From positions 868,001 to 932,000 of the forward strand of contig CAKKNE010000006.1 of the NCBI GenBank assembly GCA_918797485.1: a stretch of 64,000 nucleotides of DNA. The letters run 5' to 3'. The translations under genes and the position numbers were made by a program. Under the pieces are notes generated by a model. It was not told where the DNA came from. It made no database searches and worked only from the letters and a program-made list of their open reading frames with translations. The DNA is from Pelagomonas calceolata (Eukaryota). Positions 45,904 to 56,681 of this stretch are shown in pieces. Numbering within the stretch: position 1 is the first letter of the stretch; each line of letters starts with the position of its first letter.

Positions 45904-46495
45904 ATGGCAGCCGTCGTCGAGTCCGCCATGCGCGAGCTCCATGTTTATGGATCCACCGCGGCCGATGTCGCTGAGGGGTCGCCGAAGGCCGAGACCGTCA
46001 AGGCGGTTGCGGCGGAGCCGGGCACGCCCGTCGCCGCGGGGAAGGCCGCGGCGGAGTCCACGGCCGAGAAGGCCAAGAAGCAGCGCCGCCGCCGCGGCAA
46101 CAAGAAGCCCACGGGCAAGGAGAACGTCCCGCCCGCGGGGCCCGTCGACGTCGCCGCCTGTGTGGAAATCAACCAGTGCGTCGGGTGCACGACAATTCTT
46201 CACTAAGTCATTTCTCGGCAATGACGCGGCCGTCCTGGCTCGGTTGAGCGGCGAGGAACCGGCATCGTCACGCCATCGAGCAGGCGTCGCGTCGATGGCG
46301 TAAACGCGCCGTAAAATTTTGATTTCCACACAGGTCGCCGCGGTCCTCAAGGCGCGCGCCGCGGCCAAGAAGGGCGGCCGCAAGCAGTCGGACGCGCAGA
46401 AAGCGGCGCTCGCCAACGCCAAGGCGCGGCCGGCGCAGAAGAAGAAAGTAACTAAGGGTAGACAGGTGGCCGATCCCGGATGTAATGGTTATTGA
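45904..46495 (+). CDS. Small Lys/Ala-rich basic protein; join(45904..46149,46334..46495), 135 aa
   Basis: Removing the introner joins GPVD|VAAVLKARAAAKK...VADPGCNGY*; contains a KEN sequence and a basic NLS-like tract. Confidence 0.75.
46158..46333. mobile_element. Introner family A; GT-AG intron 46150-46333
   Basis: TIRs CTGTGTGGAAATCAA / TTGATTTCCACACAG; exact TSD GTCGCCGC at 46150-46157 and 46334-46341. Internal sequence is nearly the reverse complement of 26157-26359. Confidence 0.95.
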
Positions 46496-47344
46496 CGCGG
46501 TCCCTTCGCGGTTTGAGTGGGTTGTGTGAGGTCGTTTCCTAGAATGGTGGCGGTGGGTGGTTTTTTATGCGATTTGGAGTGAATTCGGGCGCGATGCGGG
46601 GTCGCGGGCGGGCCTCGGCGGGATCGGGGCGAATGAAGGTGCTGGAGCGGTCGCGCGCGGTCCCGGGGTCGCCCTCGACGCCGTCGCCGCGGCGGCGGTG
46701 TTTCGGATGCGCTGGAGGGGCCTCGGGAGGGCTGCCCGCGGGGGCCCCAGAGCTCTAGCTCTAACTAGTTGTTCGACTGCAACTCCTTATGAGCGCTGGG
46801 GAGAGAGGAAACGACACGCGGGGTAAGAGGACGATGGGGGTAACAGTGCAGGGGGAACATGACGGCCTTGAAGAAGACCGTTGGGACCAGCAGAGGCGTG
46901 GCGCCCGCGGACGACGTCGGCGCCGGCTCGCGCATTTGACCAGTTGGAACTGGGCCTGCGCGTAGCGCATGCGCCAGGCGCGGCTCTTGTAGGTGAAGAG
47001 CGACGTGCCGGCCTTGCGCCAGAACGGCGTCGAGCCTGCGCGTTGTATGCTCCGTCGACGCGTGTCGGTCTAACGGTGGGCACGCCGCTAAGAACCGTCC
47101 TCGCCCGTCGTCGCCTCGAGGAAGACGTGGGTGATCTGGAACTGCGTGCACCAGGCGAGGAAGCACCTGTGCGGAACGACAACGTCAAAGGAACGTTCGC
47201 CTTTCTAGTCATCGGGAACGGCGTGTGACGTAGGCAACGCGTGCCGAGGGCTCGACGTTAGTGAAGACGCCTAAGTGCTGTTCCGAAGGCTCGCCCGGTC
47301 CAAACTATCGCAGGACCCATCGCGACCAAGTTCTTGGGTGAACT

Positions 47345-47479
47345 GCACCGGTACACACCTGCGTGGACGTACCCTTCTCTTTCGGAAGCGCGTCGCGTCG
47401 GAAGCCTCTAAGCACCGGAACACACCTGCGCGGACGTACCCTTCTGATTCGGAAGCTCGGCCGGTCGGAAGCCTCTAAG
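47345..47479. repeat. Two-copy ~67-bp tandem repeat
   Basis: GCACCGG.ACACACCTGCG.GGACGTACCCTTCT..TTCGGAAGC...GTCGGAAGCCTCTAAG starting at 47345 and 47412. Confidence 0.85.
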
Positions 47480-47799
47480 GATGATGAGAAGGGGACCTCG
47501 CACGCCCAAAATGGCGTAGCGGAAACGGGACGTGGTCCGGCGAACGCGACGAGTCGCGGGCCGGCCTGAGCGAGCCCGAGCCCGAGCTTCCGGCCCGTGA
47601 GCAGTACGCCGCGGAGTCGGCGCGGACTCGTCGTAAAAATGCCTAATCGCCCGGCGGCCGGATCCGCGGCGCGGGAGCCGCGCAGGAGGCCTCCGGAGAC
47701 TTGGGAGAGGGAATTCTACGGAGTTCCCAGTCGCTAGAGGCCTGCGGCCCAGGCAGCTTCTGTTTCAGAAGCTCCCGTCCGAATGTCTCTATTCATTAC

Positions 47800-48029
47800 T
47801 CACGATATTCCCTCCGGCTCCGCTGGCCGCAGCGCGGGCACTACGGCCGTCAGTCGTCGCGCGACCCGCGGTCGTCGACTGCTGTTGAACAAAGGCTCGC
47901 GGCCCGCGCGCACTGGGTCGTCCGCGTTTTCTACAAGACCCGTCCGAACGACGTCCGTTGCCTCCTGGCTGCTAGATACGTCGCACAAGCCGTCGCAAGC
48001 GATCAGAGCGACGTCGCCCTCGACCGCAA
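47800..48029 (-). pseudogene. PP2C protein phosphatase C-terminal fragment, frameshifted
   Basis: LIACDGLCDVSSSQEATDVVR resembles PP2C ILACDGLWDV.S.QEAVD; DRGSRDD lies in a different frame from the following LTAVV. Confidence 0.6.
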
Positions 48030-48127
48030 CTGTGTGGAAATCAACCAGTGAGTTCTCTCGGCGCGCCACGGTTCCGGGAGCCTGAGATTGCAGGTGCCGC
48101 CCTGCAAATGCATAAATTTTCACGCAG
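48030..48127. mobile_element. Degenerate family A introner beside the PP2C remnant
   Basis: CTGTGTGGAAATCAACCAGTGAG left end and AATTTTCACGCAG right end; no clean TSD. Confidence 0.7.
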
Positions 48128-49270
48128 AGCATCGCCCTTCAACACCAAACCGCCCCGCGACCATCGAACGTGCCCTTACGTCGTGCAGTTCCATTTTCAG
48201 GACAGGTCCCGCGAGCCATGAGCAACGCACCTCTCCCGAGGCGCACCTCCGCAATCGAGAACGCACGTTTCACGTGTCATCGCTCCCAAGCACTAATACC
48301 TCACGCAGAGCCGAGCGCCGGCGTCCGCAACTCGGCTCGACACCGTCGCGCAGGCCCCAACGGGATGCTCCAGCACTCGGCCTCGCCCGCGTCGCCAGGC
48401 CTCGACCACGAGCGCGCCGAAGACTCGCGCCGCGCGACGCGACGGACCGCTCGCGGCGAACACGCTTCGTCGCCGCGGCGCCAGCCGTCGTCGTTTCCCA
48501 ACAACGCCCTACGGCGCCGCCGCGGAGAGCTCACGAGTGACTGAACGCGTCGTCCGAGTTTACCAGCAACGACAGGCCGTGTCCGCGGCGGTGTCTCGAT
48601 GGCGTAGCGCCTCACATCTGCCCACCAGGCCCGCGGCGCTCAGCAGTGCCAGCCCTGCAGCAGTGTGTTGCAGCTGAGGCTCCGCGCGACGGCGCGGGCA
48701 ACTTTAGACTGCACGGCGCATCAATGCGGACCGTCCAGCGTGCGTTGGTCGAGTTTTAGCCTGGATCGATAGAAACGAAATGTTGCGGCTCTCAGGACAA
48801 CATTTTGAGCAGCAGCAGTGAGAGAGCAATCGAGCCAAGCGAGCCGCATCGATCACCAATAAACCGAAGCGGTGCTTGCAGGACGTCGCGTCGAGGCCAG
48901 GTAGCGCCACCGCCCGCCCCTCGGTCCAGCGCCGCGCCGCGCGCAAAGCATGAAGCACCCATTGCAGCCTGGCAGCCTCTCAGGCGCCGTGCTCCGCAGC
49001 ACGCGTCGCGTCGATGGCGTAGAGGTGGACGTGCATTGCACTCGACGCCTTCCTCGCGATGCGCAGCGCAACGACGTCGACGGGTCCACACCACAACTGC
49101 CTCGGCACCACTCGAGGCCCGCGCGGCGGCTCCAGGCGTCCCGGAGCGCGGCGACGGCGTCGACGCATCGGGTGGCGTCCGCCGCGGCGCCGCGAGCCGT
49201 GGAGACCGCTCTCGGGCGCCGTTCTCGAAGTTTCACCAGTGGCTCCGCGAGACCGACCCCGTCTCGCCCG

Positions 49271-49395
49271 AAAACGGCTCAAAATCCAAAAAGAAACCAC
49301 CCACCGCCATCATTCCTGGAAACGAGTCGCGTCGACGGCGTGAAACCGCCGGAACACCGCGGGACGGCGAGCTACGACGGCTCGGCGCCAAATAG
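49271..49395. repeat. Repeat family B copy outside an annotated gene
   Basis: GGCTCAAAATCCAAAAAGAAACCACCCAC..ACGAGTCGCGTCGACGGCGTGAA..CACCGCGGGACGGCGAG; ends at a TAG potential acceptor. Confidence 0.75.
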
Positions 49396-49470
49396 AAGGC
49401 GCCCAAGGGCCGCGTCGTCGCCGACCCGGGCTGCAACGGCTACTGAGTAAACGACTGTGACTTATGAGGC

Positions 49471-50424
49471 CTAGACGCCCCGCGCCTCCTCGAGGATGCG
49501 CTTTTTGCCTTCCTCCTCGCTTTCTACCGACGTGTCTTCGACTTTTGTTTGCGCGGCTACTTTCTCCTGCGCCGCCTTGATCTCCTCGGGGTCGCCGAGG
49601 AACGCTCCCGACAGCAACCCGAAGCTTCGCGGGTCCTTGAGCGGTTTTAAATCAGCGTCCAGATGATATAAGAGCGGCACGCCCGTCGGGATTTCGAGAC
49701 CCACGATCTCCGAATCACCAATATTGTCAAGAGCCTTGACCATACCTCGGATCGAGTTGCCATGGGCCGCGATCAACACCGTCTTGCCCCGCTTCAACGC
49801 AGGCACGATGGCGCCGTCCCAGTACGGCAATGTTCTATCTATGGTGTCCTTGAGGCACTCCGACCGCGGGACGTCTTCCTCGGGCACGTGCGCGTATTTG
49901 TTGTCGTTGCCCGGCCAGTACTCGCTATCCAACTCGCAGGGCGGCGGCGGCGTGTCAAAACTTCGACGCCACAACTGCACTTGATCATCCCCATACTTCA
50001 AAACCGTCTCCTTCTTGTTGAGACCCTGGAGCGCGCCGTACATGCGCTCGTTGAGCCGCCAGGACTTGTGCACCGTGAGGTCGTTTTGGCCGGTGATGTC
50101 CATGACCAGTTTTAGCGTTTGCTGGGCCCGTTTGAGCTCTGACGTGTAGGCCACATCAAATTCTAGGCCCTCCTTCCAGATCCACGTCGCGCCGGCGGCG
50201 GCCTCGTTCTTGCCTAGGATTGTGAGCGGGACGTCGGCCCAGCCCGTGAAGAGGTTCTTCGCGTTCCACTCGCTCTGGCCGTGTCTTACGAAGCAGACCT
50301 TGCACGTCGCTTGGTCGTTCCAGGCCATCCTTACGGTACTGCGGCGCGCCGACGGCGCGCGCGTCGGGAGCTTGGGTTGCAAAGCGCATGCTGTTGTTGT
50401 CAGTAAAGCGGCGCGGAGGGCCAT
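49471..50424 (-). CDS. gpmA: 2,3-BPG-dependent phosphoglycerate mutase, plastid-targeted
   Basis: VRHGQSEWN..FTGWADV, WRLNERMYGALQGLNK, WRRS, AAHGNSIR, IPTGVP; bipartite presequence. Confidence 0.95.
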   Translation of the reverse strand: MALRAALLTTTACALQPKLPTRAPSARRSTVRMAWNDQATCKVCFVRHGQSEWNAKNLFTGWADVPLTILGKNEAAAGATWIWKEGLEFDVAYTSELKRAQQTLKLVMDITGQNDLTVHKSWRLNERMYGALQGLNKKETVLKYGDDQVQLWRRSFDTPPPPCELDSEYWPGNDNKYAHVPEEDVPRSECLKDTIDRTLPYWDGAIVPALKRGKTVLIAAHGNSIRGMVKALDNIGDSEIVGLEIPTGVPLLYHLDADLKPLKDPRSFGLLSGAFLGDPEEIKAAQEKVAAQTKVEDTSVESEEEGKKRILEEARGV

Positions 50425-50751
50425 ACTGCGGCTCGGGAGCGCTGCACGCTTGATGCAGGCTGCAGGAGAGCTATTGCGCCACGACTTTCGGGTCACGCGT
50501 ACTGCAGTAGAAACGGGTACTTACCACAGCGCGTCACGCTTGTTCTTGCAGCAGGACACGAGCTGCAGCAACCTCAAACCAGGCTAAAATCGCCGCTCTG
50601 GATTGACACACTAGCGCCGAAAACAGCCAAGCTCCCCGCCACCGCCGCCGAGGCCAAAAAGAACTCAAGATAAGTCTTCCTTCGCGCCGCCGCCGCGCCG
50701 GCGGTCCCTCGCCCCATCGCGCGCGCGAAGGTAGAGACTAAGACACAAAAG

Positions 50752-53469
50752 TTATAGAGACTCAAACGACGCCTGCAACCCAGCCAATCCCCCCTTTAGC
50801 GTGTCCGGCACCTTCCCAATATAAGCTTCCGACTCCAAGTCGTCGACACACATATCGATGTCAGTGACATCAGAGACCCGTTCGCAGTCCTGGGGGTCCA
50901 CCATCCTATGATCATCCCCGCAGGCCCGCAGCAACCATCGCGAAAACCCGTCCGCCTTGCGAGCTCGTCCGAAATCCACCACCACCAGCTTCGCTGAGGA
51001 GTGAGACGGCCCTTTTCCAATTTCCCGCATCAGCACCCTTTTTAACGCCTTGGCGTCGCCCATGCTCCCGCGAAACACCTTGTCGGCGCACGACGACACG
51101 TCGAAGACGACGTTCGCGTCGTGGACGTCCCCATGTCGTATTCCCGCGTCATTGAGCGCCTTGCGGGCCCTTCTAGCTTCTGCTGCCCACTGTTTAACCA
51201 GGGGCAGTCTATGCACGCGAGGGTCGATCAACCATCGCTCCTTGGACCCAAACCCGGGCCGCCGCGAGAAGTCGCGACTGACCCAGAGCAACCACACATG
51301 AAACGACGGACACGTGAGCCTATCCATGACGATCGCGCCGACGCCGGCCGCGCCGCCGGCCCAGGCCCTCGCTCGGACCGCAGGTGCCGAGTTACTCTTC
51401 GCCGCCAAGGCTTGGCAGTCGCACTCCCTTTGAAAGGACTTTTCGGACGGCCAGGCACCTACTTTTACGGCTAACCGTCTTGCAGGAATTTTGACGGCGT
51501 CACACTCGACTTGCGTCGAGGCGTTGAAGCAGACCACGTCGGCGTAGGCGCCTCTTCCGAGTGAAGTCAGGCCGGCTGCTGCTCGTCGCTGCGGGTCGAC
51601 GCAGAGAGAAGCTAGGTCAACAGCTTTGACCGTTTCCAACGCTTCCTGGTCGTCGAACTCGACGAGTGTCAACGTCTTCGCCGAGGAGGACGGGCAGAGC
51701 CAGCTTTCCGAGGTTGTGGTCTTCCTCGACTCGTTCGAGGAGACGCTCCGTTGGTCGGAGGATAACCGATGGGAGGATAGCAAGCGGTGTAGGGATGCGG
51801 GCGACGTGACGCGGACTTCCGAGTGTTTGGAGGGAGTGGTGGCATCAGAAGGCGCCCGGCCAGGAGTAGACAAAGCTCGGAACGTGTCCGCAAATAAACG
51901 TCTGCGGGGATCGCAGAACTGGCAGGGCTTGTCCGGCCGGCAGCCGAGCAAGAACGCTCCCGCATCTCCTCTTAATAAACCAGTAGCTATGGTCGCGTCC
52001 AGCTGCGTCAAACCCTTTTCTCCATCCGTCCGGACTAAGTGGCCCCGCAACCCATCTAATCTGCCGGCGTCGAGCGCGATCCATCTCCTACCAGGGTCCT
52101 TCTTCGGCCGGTTGTTCACGAACCAGGCCCGTATTTCTCGCTCCCGGTTGTGGCCTTTCGCTGTTAAGGAAGGAGCTTTACCCAGTAAAGGTCGGAGGCC
52201 CCTCTTCTTTAACAGAGCCTCTACTCGTTCAACTAGTGCTGGATATAAGCGCCACGCACCTGTTAATACCAACCTAGCATCGGTAGCCCGCACGATGGTC
52301 TCGAGCGAGTCGCAGCATTGGGTGTTCAGCGTGTCCTTGTCATGAGCGTTGATGCTATGTAAGACGCCGTCCACATCCAAAAAAACTAAACGTTCTCCCA
52401 CAGTAGGCGGTTGCAAGCCGACGCCCTTGCTCCGCTTTCGTTGAAAGCAGCAGACGCTCACTTGCACTGGAACCTGGGACACGACCTCGGCCTCGTCCGA
52501 CGTCGTCGGCGAGGGCGGCCTCATTGTGTCATCAAACGAAGCGCTCCGCCCGAGATCCTCGAAGGCTCTCCTCCTAGACTCGTCGGGAGCCGGCGCCTCG
52601 CCGCCCCTAGCTGTTCCCAACCTACGTAACTCCGAGACGGCCGCCGCGGTGCCGAGCTGCTCCGTTTTGCCACTGAGAGCCGCACACGCGTCCCGGAGCT
52701 GCCCCGACAGCGTCCGCGCTCGCGGCGCCGTCCAGGCGTCCCGCGCTCGCAGAATACCCACGACTCTGCCCCGTATTGGTGGTTCCTCCGGAAAGAGCTT
52801 GTCGCGCTTCTTCGAAATTTTTTCGACCGCGCACAAGTTCCAGACCACGAAGTCGACGAGAGCGCGCGCTTCGGAGTCCAGCGCCGCGAGCTGGAGCTTC
52901 AGCGGTTCGGGAGCAGCTTTTGAGACTTCGAGGTCGTCCTCGTAACCTTGGCAAGACGGCGCGATCGCGGTCCACCGTCGTTCCAGCGACGCCGCTTCTC
53001 TCGCATATCTTCTCTCGGCCGTGGCCACTTCGGCAGCTAAGGCGCAGTCGAAGCCGTGCAAGAAAAACGCTCGGGACTTGTCTTTGTCCAGTGCTCTTAT
53101 CCAGAGTTTTTTGTTCAGGGACGTGGGGGTCAGTGACGCGACCTCCTCGTCGTACTCCTTGACCTCCTCGTCGTCTTCACTTAAATCATCTTCATTGGTC
53201 TGTTTCAGTAAACGGCCTCGTAAAGTTTCTAGGGTTCTCTTGTCGTCGTCGTCGAGGCCTCTTTCGAGGAACGTATCTGACGGTCGTCGCACCTCCTCGA
53301 GGTCGAGCAAACCTCTGCCGGGCGGGCCGTAGTTCGACCGGCCGACGGGCCGGCCGGACGCCTGCGAGGCCCGTTTGAGCACCTTCTTCAGGGCGCCGTA
53401 GGCGACGTGCGACGACTGCCAGTGGCGCGAGGCGCTGCCCTCCTCGAAGCGCACGCCGAACTTGACCAT
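50752..53469 (-). CDS. SPX domain - HAD-like phosphatase - protein-kinase-like fusion protein, 905 aa
   Basis: MVKFG..W..VAYGALKKVLK and N..AVEKISKKRDK (SPX); VFLDVDGVL..LVLTGAWR..WIALD..VRTDGEKGLT (HAD); LGRGAYA, AVKV, HGDVHDAN, VDFG (kinase). Confidence 0.8.
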   Translation of the reverse strand: MVKFGVRFEEGSASRHWQSSHVAYGALKKVLKRASQASGRPVGRSNYGPPGRGLLDLEEVRRPSDTFLERGLDDDDKRTLETLRGRLLKQTNEDDLSEDDEEVKEYDEEVASLTPTSLNKKLWIRALDKDKSRAFFLHGFDCALAAEVATAERRYAREAASLERRWTAIAPSCQGYEDDLEVSKAAPEPLKLQLAALDSEARALVDFVVWNLCAVEKISKKRDKLFPEEPPIRGRVVGILRARDAWTAPRARTLSGQLRDACAALSGKTEQLGTAAAVSELRRLGTARGGEAPAPDESRRRAFEDLGRSASFDDTMRPPSPTTSDEAEVVSQVPVQVSVCCFQRKRSKGVGLQPPTVGERLVFLDVDGVLHSINAHDKDTLNTQCCDSLETIVRATDARLVLTGAWRLYPALVERVEALLKKRGLRPLLGKAPSLTAKGHNREREIRAWFVNNRPKKDPGRRWIALDAGRLDGLRGHLVRTDGEKGLTQLDATIATGLLRGDAGAFLLGCRPDKPCQFCDPRRRLFADTFRALSTPGRAPSDATTPSKHSEVRVTSPASLHRLLSSHRLSSDQRSVSSNESRKTTTSESWLCPSSSAKTLTLVEFDDQEALETVKAVDLASLCVDPQRRAAAGLTSLGRGAYADVVCFNASTQVECDAVKIPARRLAVKVGAWPSEKSFQRECDCQALAAKSNSAPAVRARAWAGGAAGVGAIVMDRLTCPSFHVWLLWVSRDFSRRPGFGSKERWLIDPRVHRLPLVKQWAAEARRARKALNDAGIRHGDVHDANVVFDVSSCADKVFRGSMGDAKALKRVLMREIGKGPSHSSAKLVVVDFGRARKADGFSRWLLRACGDDHRMVDPQDCERVSDVTDIDMCVDDLESEAYIGKVPDTLKGGLAGLQASFESL

Positions 53470-53693
53470 TGGGAGCAGTGGAATTGCCTGTTAATCTGCT
53501 CCCCCGCGTTAGGTTTGCCTTCGACCTGGATCAGCTCTGAGCAGGCCTCAGCAGGCTTTGCCTCGCGCCGCAGCGCGTCTGGGCGATGCCGAGCGGTTCT
53601 GGCCCACAAATTAACGGCCCAGCGTTACTGCACCGGGCCTAGTGGCACGAATCTTGCGCTCGGCGCTGCAACCGAAGCTCAGATTTCCTGGCT

Positions 53694-53716
53694 GCTAGTG
53701 TCCTTATGCCGCTAGC
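53694..53716 (+). promoter_or_regulatory. Divergent-promoter motif copy (GCTAGTGTCCTTATGCCGCTAGC)
   Basis: Lies between ATG 53469 (-) and ATG 53865 (+). Confidence 0.55.
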
Positions 53717-53864
53717 ACCGTATGCGCAAAAGCGACGAATGCGACACAGGTGTCGAATTGATCGTTAAAAGACGCCAACAACACATCTACCGCACGCCAG
53801 CGCAACGGGAGCATCGCTGCGAACAGCTGCGCCACACACTGAGCCTGCAGTGCTGTGGTGGACA

Positions 53865-54680
53865 ATGCGGCGCTGCCTCACACTCGTCGTCGCGCAAGCG
53901 GCCGCCTACAGCGGCCGCACGGCGCCCGGCCGCCTGGCCTGGGTCGACCGCTATTTGCTGCTCCGAGAGCTCAGCCTCTTCGCCGACGACGAGCCTTCGA
54001 CCACTCGTGTGTTTTGTGATATCGGGCTCGGCGACGACGCGACGACAACCCTGGAATTAGCGGAGGCGTTGCAGCAGGACGCCGACGCGCCGCTCGTCGT
54101 CGCGTGCGAGGCCGACGCGAATCGTTGCTCCGCCGCGCGCGAGGCTTGTGCTGCCGCTGGTGTCGTTGTACGCCAGACGGATGGAAGCTTCACCTTACCG
54201 CTCAAGTGGGACGAAGTTTGTGTGGGCGTGAGAGCAATGAACATCTTCCGGAGCGGGTACACCCCCGTCGAGGCGGCGCGGGGAATTGATACGCTCGCGG
54301 CGCAGCTACAGCCCGGCGCGCCATTGATTGAGGGCTCCTGCTCGCGAAACGGCGACTGCGGCGTCGCCCACGTTCTGAGACGGACGGACGAGGGGCTCGC
54401 GCGCGAAGCGCTGCTCTTCACTGCTGATGTGAACCGACGGCGCGGATTCGCCCCGCTCGCGTTGCGACCTTATTTACCGCGCGACCTGCGGTGGTCGTTC
54501 AAAGAGGGGTCGCCGGTCTACGAGTTCTGGCTCCGCTGGACGGAGGCCTGGAAGGCCGCGCGCAAGGGAGACGGGGACGTCTTCCGCGCGGCCTGCGACG
54601 AGCTGCGGCGCCGCGGCGACGCCGTCGACTGGGTCGACGAGGGGCTCATGGTCTGGACGCCGCAAGGGGGCGTTCCCTGA
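53865..54680 (+). CDS. Putative class I SAM-methyltransferase-like protein of a bacterial family, with signal peptide
   Basis: GRTAPGRL..VDR, DIGLG..TTLEL, VRAMNIFR, LQPGAPLIEGS, LPRDL recall an uncharacterised bacterial 'methylase' family. Confidence 0.6.
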   Translation: MRRCLTLVVAQAAAYSGRTAPGRLAWVDRYLLLRELSLFADDEPSTTRVFCDIGLGDDATTTLELAEALQQDADAPLVVACEADANRCSAAREACAAAGVVVRQTDGSFTLPLKWDEVCVGVRAMNIFRSGYTPVEAARGIDTLAAQLQPGAPLIEGSCSRNGDCGVAHVLRRTDEGLAREALLFTADVNRRRGFAPLALRPYLPRDLRWSFKEGSPVYEFWLRWTEAWKAARKGDGDVFRAACDELRRRGDAVDWVDEGLMVWTPQGGVP

Positions 54681-54749
54681 CGCCATCGACGCGCCTTGTT
54701 GTTGTGATTAATTAACGATACTCTTACTCGCCATTTTTTAAGGGAAGGG

Positions 54750-55925
54750 TCACTCGACGGCGCCGTCCGAGTAAGCTGGTTTTCTTTCCAGCGAGTCATT
54801 TAAATCCAACGCTTTCAGCATGGAATCTAAAGCCGCCGGCGCAATAGCAGCGGCCACAAGCGCAGCGATAGGAGACACGCGACGAGCCAAGCCACCTAAG
54901 CCGGCAGGGGCGACTTCAGATGCACCCAACCTCACCAATTCATCCGCAATCCGATCGAACCCAAGCTTCTCCGCCAAGGGAGCGTACACTTCGAGCGTCT
55001 CCGTCGCCTTCTTCAGCCGCTTCGGACGGGGCATCGCGCCCAAGGTTCGCATGTTGTGCAACCGGTCGGCCAGTTTGAGAACCCCAACTCGCCACTCGTG
55101 GCCGGCGGCCTCGAGGACCGCGGCGCGCTTCACGGCGTCGGACGCCGTTGGGCTATCGGTGACGCCGTTCACGAGTGCGGCAACATCCCCCCCAAATGCG
55201 CGGAAGATGTCCTCCACAGACGTGTCGGTGTCCTCGACCGTGTCATGGAGTACTCCAGCACACACGGTAGCGGCGTCCATCTCCATGTCCGCCAGGATCG
55301 TCGCGACGGCTATCGGGTGCGTCACGAAGGGGGAGCCGTCGGCCCGGCGCTGCCCTCGGTGAGCCCTCGCGGCGAAATCCACACAAGCCGCGACCTCGTT
55401 TCGCGCTTTGTCGTCTAAATATTTCGTGGCTCGGTCTAGCGTTAATGTTGCTCTTAATGGAGCAGGATAGGTAGGTTCCGGTTGCGCGCTCGGATAGAAG
55501 GGCGCGGAAGGCGCCCCTACTACTGCTGAGGCTCCTAAGGAAGGGCCTCGCGGCGTTGTGGATGGTGTGAAGCGTAGGGCCGTTGTAGTGATCAGACAGG
55601 AGGATAATACGAAGAATCCGAGCAAGGCCGTGACGTCTATGGACACGGTAGTCCGTCTTTTTCTGTCGACAACCACGCGCAATCTAGTTCGTCCTTGTGA
55701 GGCCTCGGTACCGATTTCCCGGAGTCGCGGTAAACATGTTTGTTCGTGATCCTGGAGCCAGGACGTCTGGACGACGATGAGCGCGCGTTTTTTGGGATTC
55801 CAAGTGCAGTCGGACTCGGCGCGTGGTCTCGACGCCCGCCGCGGGAGCGGGCTTCTGGCTTGCGCCGGCTCGCCGAAGGAGGCGCAGCGTCGTTCTCGCA
55901 ACGGCTGGGGGGGCGTCTGGGCCAT
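54750..55925 (-). CDS. RelA/SpoT-family HD-domain (p)ppGpp hydrolase-like protein, no synthetase domain
   Basis: AHRGQRRADGSPFVTHP, LHDTVEDT, VNGVT, KLADRLHNMRTL, ETLEVYAPLA. Confidence 0.85.
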   Translation of the reverse strand: MAQTPPQPLRERRCASFGEPAQARSPLPRRASRPRAESDCTWNPKKRALIVVQTSWLQDHEQTCLPRLREIGTEASQGRTRLRVVVDRKRRTTVSIDVTALLGFFVLSSCLITTTALRFTPSTTPRGPSLGASAVVGAPSAPFYPSAQPEPTYPAPLRATLTLDRATKYLDDKARNEVAACVDFAARAHRGQRRADGSPFVTHPIAVATILADMEMDAATVCAGVLHDTVEDTDTSVEDIFRAFGGDVAALVNGVTDSPTASDAVKRAAVLEAAGHEWRVGVLKLADRLHNMRTLGAMPRPKRLKKATETLEVYAPLAEKLGFDRIADELVRLGASEVAPAGLGGLARRVSPIAALVAAAIAPAALDSMLKALDLNDSLERKPAYSDGAVE

Positions 55926-56681
55926 TTTTCGTTGACTTGGTCGCGTTCTTGAGGTCGCGGTCTGAATCGCGTTCTGGTGGTTAGATCGTGCCGCGCTTGC
56001 AACGGCGGGCTCCGACGGTGTTTGGGCGGCGGCCGCGGGCGTCTCGGGCGGCGCGCGGCGGGTTCCGCGGCGCTACTGGAGGATATTTGGCGTACTGGCT
56101 TTTTTGCAAGTTGCGGAGCCGTTTCAGTCCCGCTCTGCCGTCGGGGCCGGGCTAGACTGCAAGGCGTTAGCTCGGCGCCGCGTCCAAGTGGTGGGCTTGC
56201 TGTCTGGGGGGCGTGAGGGGCCCGTCGCTCGGCTGGTCTGCTGGCACTTTTGGCACCGCCTCCTCGCCCTAGCCGAAAAATCAGGGCTCCTTGGACGTGT
56301 TTAATTCTCTGGCGGTCCTCTTTGACCGGATACGAAGCTAGGAAGACGGCTTCCTGCATGGGCACTGAGAGTGGCACTGAGGCAAAACACCGGCACTAGC
56401 CGTCGTCAGCTCGGACAGACGCGTCCCTGAGAGGCTCCTGACGAGTGCACCGTGACGCTTCGGGGGGTAGACGGCGCTCTGCATCTCTGTGCATGGCGAC
56501 ACTCTCTGGCAATAGACTCTGCGCAGTTGCTGTAAATCCGACTCAACGGCGTCGCAAACAGCCGCACAATATCGGTAATAGCCGCTCGTGAACGCTGACG
56601 AAGCGTGGCAGCGTGAACACTGAGCTTGGAGCAGTGCAGCCAGTGGCAGCGCCCAAAACAAGTGCGCATAGCGGTGCAAGC

